Virus record (IMG/VR): IMGVR_UViG_3300031963_000058
Coordinates: 1-24,099 of that record
From: a virus
Taxonomy: Duplodnaviria > Heunggongvirae > Uroviricota > Caudoviricetes
Direction: 5' to 3' (one strand)
Length of the DNA stretch: 24,099 bases
The translations under genes were made by a program, and so were the position numbers. The first letter of the stretch is position 1; each line of letters starts with the position of its first letter. The notes below the pieces were generated by a model. The model was not told the origin of the DNA. It did no database searches and saw only the letters and a list, made by a program, of their open reading frames with translations. This document shows, in pieces, positions 16,586 to 24,088 of this stretch.

Positions 16586-18922
16586 ATGAGCAGCGAAGTA
16601 ACTGATATTGAGGAAAAATATACACCTAACGTACAAGTTATTTGGGAAGATGAACCACATAACTTCACACAAGAACGCATAAAAAGCGTTAAGCAATACT
16701 TTTCTAAAAAGTATGGTACAACAAATATAAATGTTATCACAGTGGACTCTAGTCAGGACGATGAGATGACCATGCAAACAATTGATGTATCATACAATAT
16801 CATGGATAAGAATTATCAGAAGTCGTTAATTGATATGTATTTGGACTCTAAATCATACAATGATTTCGCTGCTGACGTTTACTTATTGGATAAACAAGTA
16901 GAAGATCTACTCATTTCTAGGTATGAAGACATCTCCGCATTTAAAAAATGGTCATTAAAAAGAATTGAATTTTCTAATTTTATGTCCTTCGGTGAGAATC
17001 AAGTTATTGACTTTACCAAATACAATGGTATTACAGTTATAACCTCGAATCCACCTAACTTTGGGGGTAAAACAGTCCTGGCGGTAGATCTTCTGCTTTT
17101 TCTATTCTTCAATACGACAACTAAAACGACAAAAAATGAGGATATATTCAATAAGTTTACAGACAAAAACAAAGTAGTTGTTAAAGGTGAGGTTACTATT
17201 GATGGCGATGATTATTTTATTATTAGGACTCTTGAGCGTAAAAAGAACAAGAGTGGGGATTATTCAGTAAAAGCGGAATTAGATTTTATAAAGAAAAATA
17301 AAGACGGATCTTTGCAAAGTTTAACAGGTGAGCAACGTCGTGAAACAGAAAAATTCATAAAATCATCGATTGGAGAACAAGAGGACTTTTTGATGACAAT
17401 CCTTACGACAGGATCAAATCTAGAAGATTTGATTGAGTCTAAACCAACAGCCAGAGGACAAATTTTAAGTAAGTTTTTAGGGTTAGAATTCTTAAAAAGA
17501 AAAGAAGAAATCGCCAAAGAAATATACTCTACATTCTCTAAGGGATTAATCTCCAATATATATAACAAAGAAACTCTAAAACAGGATATTGAAAAAAACT
17601 TAGAGTTTATCGATACATTTCAAGAATGTCTAGAAATAGACAAAAATGCTTTATCTGAAATTGAGGAAAAGATTAAAATAGGGACATCATATAGGGAGGA
17701 GTTGATGGCTTCTAAACACACAGACATTGATTCGGTTTTGGCTGCAACAAATTTGGATACATTAAATTCTGAGTTAGAAAAACTAAATATCCAATATAGC
17801 AATACAATTAAAGAAATGTCTAATCTTTACCTTGTTAAACCTGATCAGTTTTATGATGAACAGGTTTACGATAAATTGAATGATGCGTGTAATGATATAT
17901 ATGTTGAGTTGACAACTATTGATTCTAAGATATCAGAGTTAGAGGAGTTAAAAAACTCTGTTGATGGTGGTATAAAGTGTGAACATTGCGGTATTGATAT
18001 TATTAATGCCATTCTTGTTAAAAACAAATTGATGGATTTGGAAAAACTCTATCAGAAGAAAAACTCTTTAGTTCTTGAACTTGAAACATGTAAAAAAGAA
18101 AAAAAAGCTCTTATTGTATTAAGAGAAAAGTTTGATCTTTATGAAAAAAATTCATTAATTTATTCAAAATATGAGATAACAAAAGAATCTTTAGAGCTAA
18201 AAATAAATTCAGCTAAAGAAAAAATTTCGGATTACCTTGAAATCCAGGAAAAAATTAACAAAAATAATGAGATAGAGTCAAAACTTTTGAAAGCTAAATA
18301 TCGTTTAGAAGAACTTACGCAAGCTAAAAGGAAACTTGATGAAAAAATAACATTTGCAATAGTGCAAATTAAAAATCATCATGATAAAATAGACTCTAAT
18401 TACAATTTTATCCGGCAAATAGAAGAGGAAGCTGAGAAAGAAAAAATATATAAAATATATCTAGAGTTGTTTGGCAAACATGGTATTAGTAAGTATATAA
18501 TGAAAACTATGTTACCAATAATAAACAATGAGCTTCAAAGATTGTTAAAAGATAGTGCACCATTCAAAGTTGAAATCAAGATTTCAGATAAGAATGATGT
18601 TGAGTTCTACATGATAGACAATTCTACGGGAATTGAAAAATTGCTTAATAGCGGGTCTGGATACGAAAAGACAATTTCATCTCTAGCCATAAGATCCGTT
18701 TTGTCTAAAATATGTTCGCTTCCAAAACCAAACATTATAGTAATGGATGAGGTGTTTGGTAAAATATCAAATGACAATTTAGAATTAGTTGGCAATTTTT
18801 TCTTCAAGATTAGAGAATATTTTGAAAAAATATTTGTTATCTCGCATAACCCAATGATAGACAATTGGGCAGACAATATCTGCCAGATTAAAAAATCTGA
18901 AAATATTAGTGAATTAATTTAA
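16586..18922 (+). CDS. sbcC: SbcC/Rad50/gp46-like SMC ATPase with ~120-aa N-terminal extension
   Basis: LKRIEFSNFMSFG, Walker A-like NPPNFGGKT, coiled coils with a CEHC zinc hook, signature-like SGSGYEK, Walker B IIVMDEVFG and ISHN. Confidence 0.9.
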   Translation: MSSEVTDIEEKYTPNVQVIWEDEPHNFTQERIKSVKQYFSKKYGTTNINVITVDSSQDDEMTMQTIDVSYNIMDKNYQKSLIDMYLDSKSYNDFAADVYLLDKQVEDLLISRYEDISAFKKWSLKRIEFSNFMSFGENQVIDFTKYNGITVITSNPPNFGGKTVLAVDLLLFLFFNTTTKTTKNEDIFNKFTDKNKVVVKGEVTIDGDDYFIIRTLERKKNKSGDYSVKAELDFIKKNKDGSLQSLTGEQRRETEKFIKSSIGEQEDFLMTILTTGSNLEDLIESKPTARGQILSKFLGLEFLKRKEEIAKEIYSTFSKGLISNIYNKETLKQDIEKNLEFIDTFQECLEIDKNALSEIEEKIKIGTSYREELMASKHTDIDSVLAATNLDTLNSELEKLNIQYSNTIKEMSNLYLVKPDQFYDEQVYDKLNDACNDIYVELTTIDSKISELEELKNSVDGGIKCEHCGIDIINAILVKNKLMDLEKLYQKKNSLVLELETCKKEKKALIVLREKFDLYEKNSLIYSKYEITKESLELKINSAKEKISDYLEIQEKINKNNEIESKLLKAKYRLEELTQAKRKLDEKITFAIVQIKNHHDKIDSNYNFIRQIEEEAEKEKIYKIYLELFGKHGISKYIMKTMLPIINNELQRLLKDSAPFKVEIKISDKNDVEFYMIDNSTGIEKLLNSGSGYEKTISSLAIRSVLSKICSLPKPNIIVMDEVFGKISNDNLELVGNFFFKIREYFEKIFVISHNPMIDNWADNICQIKKSENISELI

Positions 18923-18937
18923 TTATCAAAAAAAAAA

Positions 18938-18948
18938 TATTACCTTTG
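18938..18948 (+). promoter_or_regulatory. Bacteroidota-type -7 element TATTACCTTTG(CA)
   Basis: TAnnTTTG in the gap before ATG 18958. TTTA lies 19 nt upstream (18918-21) as a near -33 element. Confidence 0.6.
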
Positions 18949-18957
18949 CAGAACGAT

Positions 18958-19446
18958 ATGACTAGATACTACTTAATTTGTAATAAGACTGGCATTACGC
19001 AAAATGAAATCATGCAAACATTTGGTGAAATTGTTGAGATTATTGCACCAAAATTTGATATTACAAAACAAGATATTACGTTCTATAGGACTAGAGATTC
19101 AATCATGTTTCATTTTATGAGCGAGATGAATTGTCAACATATTGATAGTAAACTACGTGAGCCTCTAAATTCTATTTATAATGTTTATTTTTTGACTGTT
19201 GTAGATGATTCATCTGTGTTAAGCTTCCGTGATAAAGAAGAATATGAATTATTTATCAATATAACTAATCCAACAATCTTTGATTATTATGATGATGAAG
19301 ATGATGAGGATTATGAGTATAATACCATTTGTAACAACAATTTTACCGATGGTGTGTTCAATATGGATACTATCTTGGACAAGATAAATGAACAAGGCAT
19401 ATCCTCTCTCACAAATGAAGAAAAAAAATTTTTGGAACAAATATGA
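18958..19446 (+). CDS. Hypothetical protein with acidic tract and C-terminal DUF6576-like motif
   Basis: Ends MDTILDKINEQGISSLTNEEKKFLEQI, matching the ID-x-ILDKI-x3-G-x2-SLT-x2-EK-x-FL pattern I associate with DUF6576. ATG 18958 is preferred over TTG 18946. Confidence 0.7.
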   Translation: MTRYYLICNKTGITQNEIMQTFGEIVEIIAPKFDITKQDITFYRTRDSIMFHFMSEMNCQHIDSKLREPLNSIYNVYFLTVVDDSSVLSFRDKEEYELFINITNPTIFDYYDDEDDEDYEYNTICNNNFTDGVFNMDTILDKINEQGISSLTNEEKKFLEQI

Positions 19447-20243
19447 AAGAAAAGAAAACAACAATTCCATTTAATCAAGCTGAAATTTCCTCATATCTTA
19501 AAGATCTTAGAAAGATCGAAGTTATGACAACTGAGCGTGAAAAAGAAATTGCAGATTTGATGCGTTCAGGTACACTTACGCCTAGCCAGGTTTCAAAGAT
19601 TAACGAAGAGCTTGTTCGTGGTAATCTTAGATTTGTTATTACAATTGCTAAGCAATATCAGAACCAAGGTCTTGATCTTCCAGATTTGATCGCTGAAGGC
19701 AATATAGGTCTAATGAAAGCAGCTCAAAATTTTGACTGGAATAAAAACCTTAAATTTATTTCTTATGCTGTTTGGTGGATTCGCCAGTCAATCCTTTACT
19801 CTCTCAATGAAAATGCTAGAACGATAAGGCTTCCTGTAAATGTCGTACAAGATGTTCAGAAAGAAAAAAAAGCAATAGAGAACGGTACTGGATTTAAATC
19901 TGATAAATATGCTAACTTACCTAGCATGATTTGGCTTGATAAGCCAATAAATGAAGATGGTGATACTCTGGTTGATGTCATTTATAATAATGATGCTAGT
20001 AGACCGGATGAATCATTCAATAGTACCAAGGTTCTCAGGGATAAACTTTTTGAGCTTCTCGGTAGCTTGGATGACAGGGAAAGAACCATAATTGAAGATT
20101 ATTACGGACTAACAGGTTCATGTAGAACTCTTGAAGAGATTGGACAAGACTTTGATCTAACAAAAGAGCGTATTCGTCAGATTAAGGAGAAAGGATTGCG
20201 TAAACTTAGGAATGGTACGGCAATTCTTTTTGACTATATATAA
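19443..20243 (+). CDS. rpoD: Sigma-70 family RNA polymerase sigma factor, Bacteroidota RpoD-like
   Basis: NLRFVITIAKQYQNQGLDLPDLIAEGNIGLMKAA, KFISYAVWWIRQSI, RTIRLP and the region 4.2 motif TLEEIGQDFDLTKERIRQI. No region 1.1. Confidence 0.92.
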   Translation: MKEKKTTIPFNQAEISSYLKDLRKIEVMTTEREKEIADLMRSGTLTPSQVSKINEELVRGNLRFVITIAKQYQNQGLDLPDLIAEGNIGLMKAAQNFDWNKNLKFISYAVWWIRQSILYSLNENARTIRLPVNVVQDVQKEKKAIENGTGFKSDKYANLPSMIWLDKPINEDGDTLVDVIYNNDASRPDESFNSTKVLRDKLFELLGSLDDRERTIIEDYYGLTGSCRTLEEIGQDFDLTKERIRQIKEKGLRKLRNGTAILFDYI

Positions 20244-20253
20244 AAATAAAAAA

Positions 20254-20276
20254 TAGACTATTTATGTGATAGTCTA
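20254..20276. terminator. Hairpin after the sigma gene (possible terminator), overlapping a TATTTAT motif
   Basis: TAGACTAT-ttatgtg-ATAGTCTA forms an 8-bp stem, with an A-tract before and ATAATTTTCT after. TATTTAT occupies 20259-20265. Confidence 0.4.
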
Positions 20277-20306
20277 ATAATTTTCTAAACTAAAACTTTA
20301 AAAAAA

Positions 20307-20582
20307 ATGAGGCAATTCATTAAAAACTATTTTACAGAGATTGTGCTTGCGTTTATGATTATGACACTGCTTAGTGTTTGTTCGACGAAAGGTCAAATAT
20401 CTAAAATAAATAAAGATATTGGCAGGATAAAAGACTCAACTTACACTAAAGTTGAACTGGATAAAAAATTGACCATAATGGGCCTTGAATCTGAAAAAAG
20501 AATGATCCAAGCAACAGATAGAACACTTCTAGATGTTTCTCGTCAAAACGCGATTGACGAAGAGTTAAAAAAACTAAAGTAA
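20307..20582 (+). CDS. Small membrane-anchored or lipoprotein-like helical protein
   Basis: N-terminal hydrophobic segment ends in Cys (IVLAFMIMTLLSVC); the lipobox is imperfect. The remainder is helical and charged. Confidence 0.7.
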   Translation: MRQFIKNYFTEIVLAFMIMTLLSVCSTKGQISKINKDIGRIKDSTYTKVELDKKLTIMGLESEKRMIQATDRTLLDVSRQNAIDEELKKLK

Positions 20583-20584
20583 TT

Positions 20585-21367
20585 ATGAGTTGGATTAAAA
20601 GAAATTTTAAATCAATAATATATTTTTCGTTCATAGTACCAATAATCCTGGTAGCTTTGGTTTCAATATCACATGTCACAAATTGGTATGGTGTAACCAA
20701 TCCGGCTAGTTGGTCAATCTATTTATCTGTTGCTGTAGAAATTGCTGCCTTAGCTGCTTTGGCAGCAATTTCTGCTGAGATGGGTAGTAAGGTATATTTT
20801 CCGTTTGCTATTGTAACAATAATCCAATTCGTAGGAAATATCTTCTACTCATACACATACATTAATATAGAGAGTAAAGAATTTAAAGACTGGATTGACC
20901 TAATAACCCCTATTGCGGAGTTATTTAATATTGAAAAAACAGATATTGTTGGTCATAAAAGAATACTTTCTATGTTCTCAGGTGGAATGCTACCTTTGAT
21001 ATCGTTGTCATTCCTACATATGTTGGTTAAATTTAGATCTAGTAAAATGGAGCCAGCAGAAGTTGTTGAAGAAAAACAAAACGATGATGTATCTGGGTTA
21101 ATTGATAAAATTAAAGAGCTAGAAAAAAAATTATCTGAGTTGAAACGAGTCCCAAACCCAACAGAACCCGAAATTAAACCAGAACCAACGCCAGAGCCAA
21201 CACCAGAGCCGACTCCAACAGAAACTGAACAGGTATCCGTAGTTGATGATATACCATATACATCCGAAACAACACCTGAAGTTACACAACAGGAATTAGA
21301 GGTCCCTAAAGAGGATCCTCTTATACCAAAAATAAAGCGTTTAAGTTATACTAGGAGGAATGGCTAA
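20585..21367 (+). CDS. Integral membrane protein (~4 TM) with coiled coil and PEPT-repeat acidic tail
   Basis: Four hydrophobic segments in aa ~10-150, then LIDKIKELEKKLSELK and PEPTPEPTPEPTPT. Confidence 0.8.
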   Translation: MSWIKRNFKSIIYFSFIVPIILVALVSISHVTNWYGVTNPASWSIYLSVAVEIAALAALAAISAEMGSKVYFPFAIVTIIQFVGNIFYSYTYINIESKEFKDWIDLITPIAELFNIEKTDIVGHKRILSMFSGGMLPLISLSFLHMLVKFRSSKMEPAEVVEEKQNDDVSGLIDKIKELEKKLSELKRVPNPTEPEIKPEPTPEPTPEPTPTETEQVSVVDDIPYTSETTPEVTQQELEVPKEDPLIPKIKRLSYTRRNG

Positions 21368-21953
21368 TATCGTTGAAAACTACGTTTCTAACAATTACCA
21401 AAAGAGTAAAACTAAGAAACAGATCATATTAACACACACCTCCAGGAATATTACGGATTATCTCAATTCGGTACTTTATCGTAATAATGGCGATTACGAT
21501 AAGGTACCGAATTTTGTTATATCAAGGAATGGTGATGTATACAAGTTATTACCCGATAATGCATATACCAATTTTTTTAAAAAAACGGATATGAATAAAA
21601 ACTCTGTTATAATAACTCTAGAAAATTTAGGGTGGCTTGAAAAAATTCCCATAGAAACAGGATTTGTTAATTGGATTGGAGATATTTATAATGGAGACAT
21701 TTATGAGAAAAAATGGCGTGACTACTTTTATTGGCAGCCATACACACAAGATCAAATTAATTCTTGCATAGATGTCATAAGAGAAGTAACAAATAGTTTA
21801 AACATAAACCAAAAATTTATAGGCCATAATACAAAAATAGATTATGCCGAAAAATATGAGGGGGTTATAACGTATAGTAATTTTAGTATGGAAGTTACAA
21901 GTTTAAGCCCTGCTTTTGATTTTAAATTTTTAAAAAACCAATTAGAAAAATGA
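21360..21953 (+). CDS. N-acetylmuramoyl-L-alanine amidase (Amidase_2)-fold protein, probably catalytically degenerate
   Basis: QIILTHTS, PNFVISRNGDVYKLLP, NKNSVIITLEN, PYTQDQI, IGHN and SPAFDF follow the amidase_2 motif order, but several metal or catalytic positions are substituted. Confidence 0.75.
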   Translation: MANIVENYVSNNYQKSKTKKQIILTHTSRNITDYLNSVLYRNNGDYDKVPNFVISRNGDVYKLLPDNAYTNFFKKTDMNKNSVIITLENLGWLEKIPIETGFVNWIGDIYNGDIYEKKWRDYFYWQPYTQDQINSCIDVIREVTNSLNINQKFIGHNTKIDYAEKYEGVITYSNFSMEVTSLSPAFDFKFLKNQLEK

Positions 21954-22564
21954 GCGACTCAAGGTATGAAGAAATACGCGGTCTTTTATCTGCATCAAAA
22001 AGATTATTAGGTAAAGACAGAGTAAGCGAAAGTAATGAAATTCTTAGTAATTACTTATTGACAGAGCAAGACTCTTCAGATTTAAGACAAAGAATTAATC
22101 CTTTAAAAAGCATAAAAAAAAGCTTTAAAAAGGAAAAAGGTGATGAAGATACTGAAGATAAAAAAGGAGACAAACAGCAATCCTACAGAATTTCTGGTGG
22201 TATATTAACTATGCATGGAACTGATCGTTCGCAGTTGGAACTTACAACAGACGAGAAAATTGCGTTCCAGGAGACAATGGATGAATTTATAGAAGACGTT
22301 TCATCATTAGTTAATTTTGATGCCTTACATATTTATCAGAATGATGTAGAATGGGGGGGTAAGATTATTGATTTTGATTTAGATTTCTATTTTACGATAG
22401 GGGAAAATAATGGAATTTACATAAATGGAGATATGATCAAAATTGATGAAGAGTTCTTAGGTATGATAAATGACTTACAATCTTACTATGAAAAATTTAA
22501 AGCTAAGTGGTCAAAAGTAACTGCTGCTAGAAAAAGAACATCGCCTAAAAATATGGGAGTATGA
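21950..22564 (+). CDS. Hypothetical protein (possible head/internal protein)
   Basis: 204-aa open frame, ATGA-coupled at both ends, with a charged N-terminal half and a beta-rich C-terminal half. Confidence 0.75.
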   Translation: MSDSRYEEIRGLLSASKRLLGKDRVSESNEILSNYLLTEQDSSDLRQRINPLKSIKKSFKKEKGDEDTEDKKGDKQQSYRISGGILTMHGTDRSQLELTTDEKIAFQETMDEFIEDVSSLVNFDALHIYQNDVEWGGKIIDFDLDFYFTIGENNGIYINGDMIKIDEEFLGMINDLQSYYEKFKAKWSKVTAARKRTSPKNMGV

Positions 22565-22947
22565 AATTAAAATCTGCTAGCAATCTGCTAAATATAATAA
22601 TATATACTGTTGTTATTTTGAGCCTTTTATATACTGTGTATCTGCTACGCAAAATGAATAACGATAGTGTTGACAGTGCTGATGAAATAAAAAGAATCAA
22701 GACAGAATTGGATTCAATTCATTCTGAGAACAAGCACTTACTAACTAAGATTGAAACTTATAATTCTGAAATTACAGAGATAAATAACAAAATTGTTAGT
22801 ACATATTCTAAAATCGACATAATAAACAAAGATATATCAACAATAAAAACAAACACAAGTGAAAAAATTAATTCTATCGATAGTTTTAATAATTCAGACA
22901 TTTATATGTTTTTCTCAACCAGATACGAATACGATAAAAATAAATGA
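22561..22947 (+). CDS. N-terminally membrane-anchored coiled-coil protein (i-spanin-like)
   Basis: TM segment LLNIIIYTVVILSLLYTVYLL followed by about 80 aa of heptads. Confidence 0.7.
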   Translation: MKLKSASNLLNIIIYTVVILSLLYTVYLLRKMNNDSVDSADEIKRIKTELDSIHSENKHLLTKIETYNSEITEINNKIVSTYSKIDIINKDISTIKTNTSEKINSIDSFNNSDIYMFFSTRYEYDKNK

Positions 22948-23263
22948 GCAGACAGCAAAATTAATAATTAAAGAACTGATCGAGAAAGATTCTACCGAGA
23001 AAATATTAGGTAAATATGAAGATAAGATTTTAGTTCAGCAAGAAATTATCGGTTTGAAAGATAGTGTTATATTCATGATGGATAGTATTAATACAAACTA
23101 TTTAAAAGTTATAACAAATAATAAGGCACAAATGGCTCAGTATAAAGAAATAAATGAAATCGCATTTAATCAGCTAGAGCAACAAAAAAAGAATATGTTT
23201 TGGTACCGGCTTTCAGCTTTTTTTAACGTGGTTAGTACATTTGTGATTTTAATTATAAAATAA
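22859..23263 (+). CDS. Signal-peptide coiled-coil protein with C-terminal hydrophobic anchor (spanin-partner-like)
   Basis: GTG start inside the previous gene. MKKLILSIVLIIQTFICFS-Q is a convincing signal peptide, and the protein ends FWYRLSAFFNVVSTFVILIIK. Confidence 0.65.
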   Translation: MKKLILSIVLIIQTFICFSQPDTNTIKINEQTAKLIIKELIEKDSTEKILGKYEDKILVQQEIIGLKDSVIFMMDSINTNYLKVITNNKAQMAQYKEINEIAFNQLEQQKKNMFWYRLSAFFNVVSTFVILIIK

Positions 23264-23264
23264 T

Positions 23265-23510
23265 ATGGCATTAACAAATAGTGACATAAAAGATATTGAA
23301 GTGATCGTCCGCAAAGAAGTTAAAGATTTCTTAGGGCAGAATACTATTAAGCAATATGAGGATAGGCTTTTGGATACCATCTCAAAAGAAATTCGTGATG
23401 GGAAACTGGAGGGGGATGTCAAAGACATCATAATAAAAGTTTTTCGTGAGTTCTACTACCAAATGTGGGCTAATAGAGGTCAATGGGAGCCAAGATTAAA
23501 AAATGCGTAA
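23265..23510 (+). CDS. Hypothetical helical protein (81 aa)
   Basis: ATG 1 nt after the previous stop; TAATG overlap with the next gene. Confidence 0.75.
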   Translation: MALTNSDIKDIEVIVRKEVKDFLGQNTIKQYEDRLLDTISKEIRDGKLEGDVKDIIIKVFREFYYQMWANRGQWEPRLKNA

Positions 23511-24070
23511 TGTCAAATTTACTACAAACATTTAGTGATACGTTAAGGGAGAAAATATCTAATTCTGGGGCGTTATCCACGCCTGAGGGAGCCGGAATGT
23601 ATAACTCAATAACATCTAATCTATCTGAAAGAAAATTAGACTGTAAAGATCCTAAGAATAAAAAAGCCTGTGCTAAGAAAAAGTTAGAAAGTAAAGAAGC
23701 TACCGCTAGTGGGGGTTCTGGCCAATATTCTGCGCCTATAAATTTTGAATCGAAAAAAACTGAAGCGAAAGAAGCTGTAGGGGCGTCATCCTCTGGTTCA
23801 TATGAAACACCGGCAATGTGGGCTAAATCTACCAGTAAAAAAGATTGGAGGGGGGCTAAGAAACCTTTATATCCTGGGGGTAAATTTGTTACGGTTAAAA
23901 AGAAATGTAAAAAATATCCATACTGTAATCAAGGAGATATTAACGCATTAAAACTAACAGAAAGAAAACAATTAGTTAATATTTTGAATCGAATTTCAGA
24001 AGAAAATCAGATTAATTTTTTTCAACTGTATAAATTAGTAGAGAAAAATTTGAATAAAATATATCTATAA
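23510..24070 (+). CDS. Hypothetical protein with two E-A-x2-(S/A)-x2-SG-x-Y-x2-P motifs (putative head-associated)
   Basis: ATG 23510 (TAATG overlap) is preferred over 23483. Contains EATASGGSGQYSAP, EAVGASSSGSYETP and CKKYPYCNQGD. Confidence 0.72.
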   Translation: MSNLLQTFSDTLREKISNSGALSTPEGAGMYNSITSNLSERKLDCKDPKNKKACAKKKLESKEATASGGSGQYSAPINFESKKTEAKEAVGASSSGSYETPAMWAKSTSKKDWRGAKKPLYPGGKFVTVKKKCKKYPYCNQGDINALKLTERKQLVNILNRISEENQINFFQLYKLVEKNLNKIYL

Positions 24071-24072
24071 AC

Positions 24073-24088
24073 TATTTATATATAAATA
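24073..24088. promoter_or_regulatory. Perfect 16-bp palindrome TATTTATATATAAATA, putative late promoter or binding site
   Basis: Intergenic, right after the 24068-70 stop. An ATG at 24097-24099 ends the window. Confidence 0.45.

Noticed and set aside
12792-20243. Inteins, introns or homing endonucleases in primase, SbcC or sigma
   Set aside because: Protein lengths and motif spacing leave no room, and no splice-junction or LAGLIDADG/HNH/GIY-YIG motifs were seen.
7731-20998. Intragenic TACCTTTG copies (~7731, ~16115, ~20991) as promoters
   Set aside because: They lie mid-CDS with no nearby start and are expected by chance in AT-rich sequence.
679-23431. Short antisense or alternate-frame ORFs in the track (e.g. 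679-969, 1497-1682, 1915-2151, 4910-5107, 6019-6270, 6590-6967, 11171-11401, 12137-12436, 17260-17568, 20446-20700, 23249-23431)
   Set aside because: Each is nested in or largely overlaps a longer, motif-supported gene, has shadow-like composition and has no recognisable motif.
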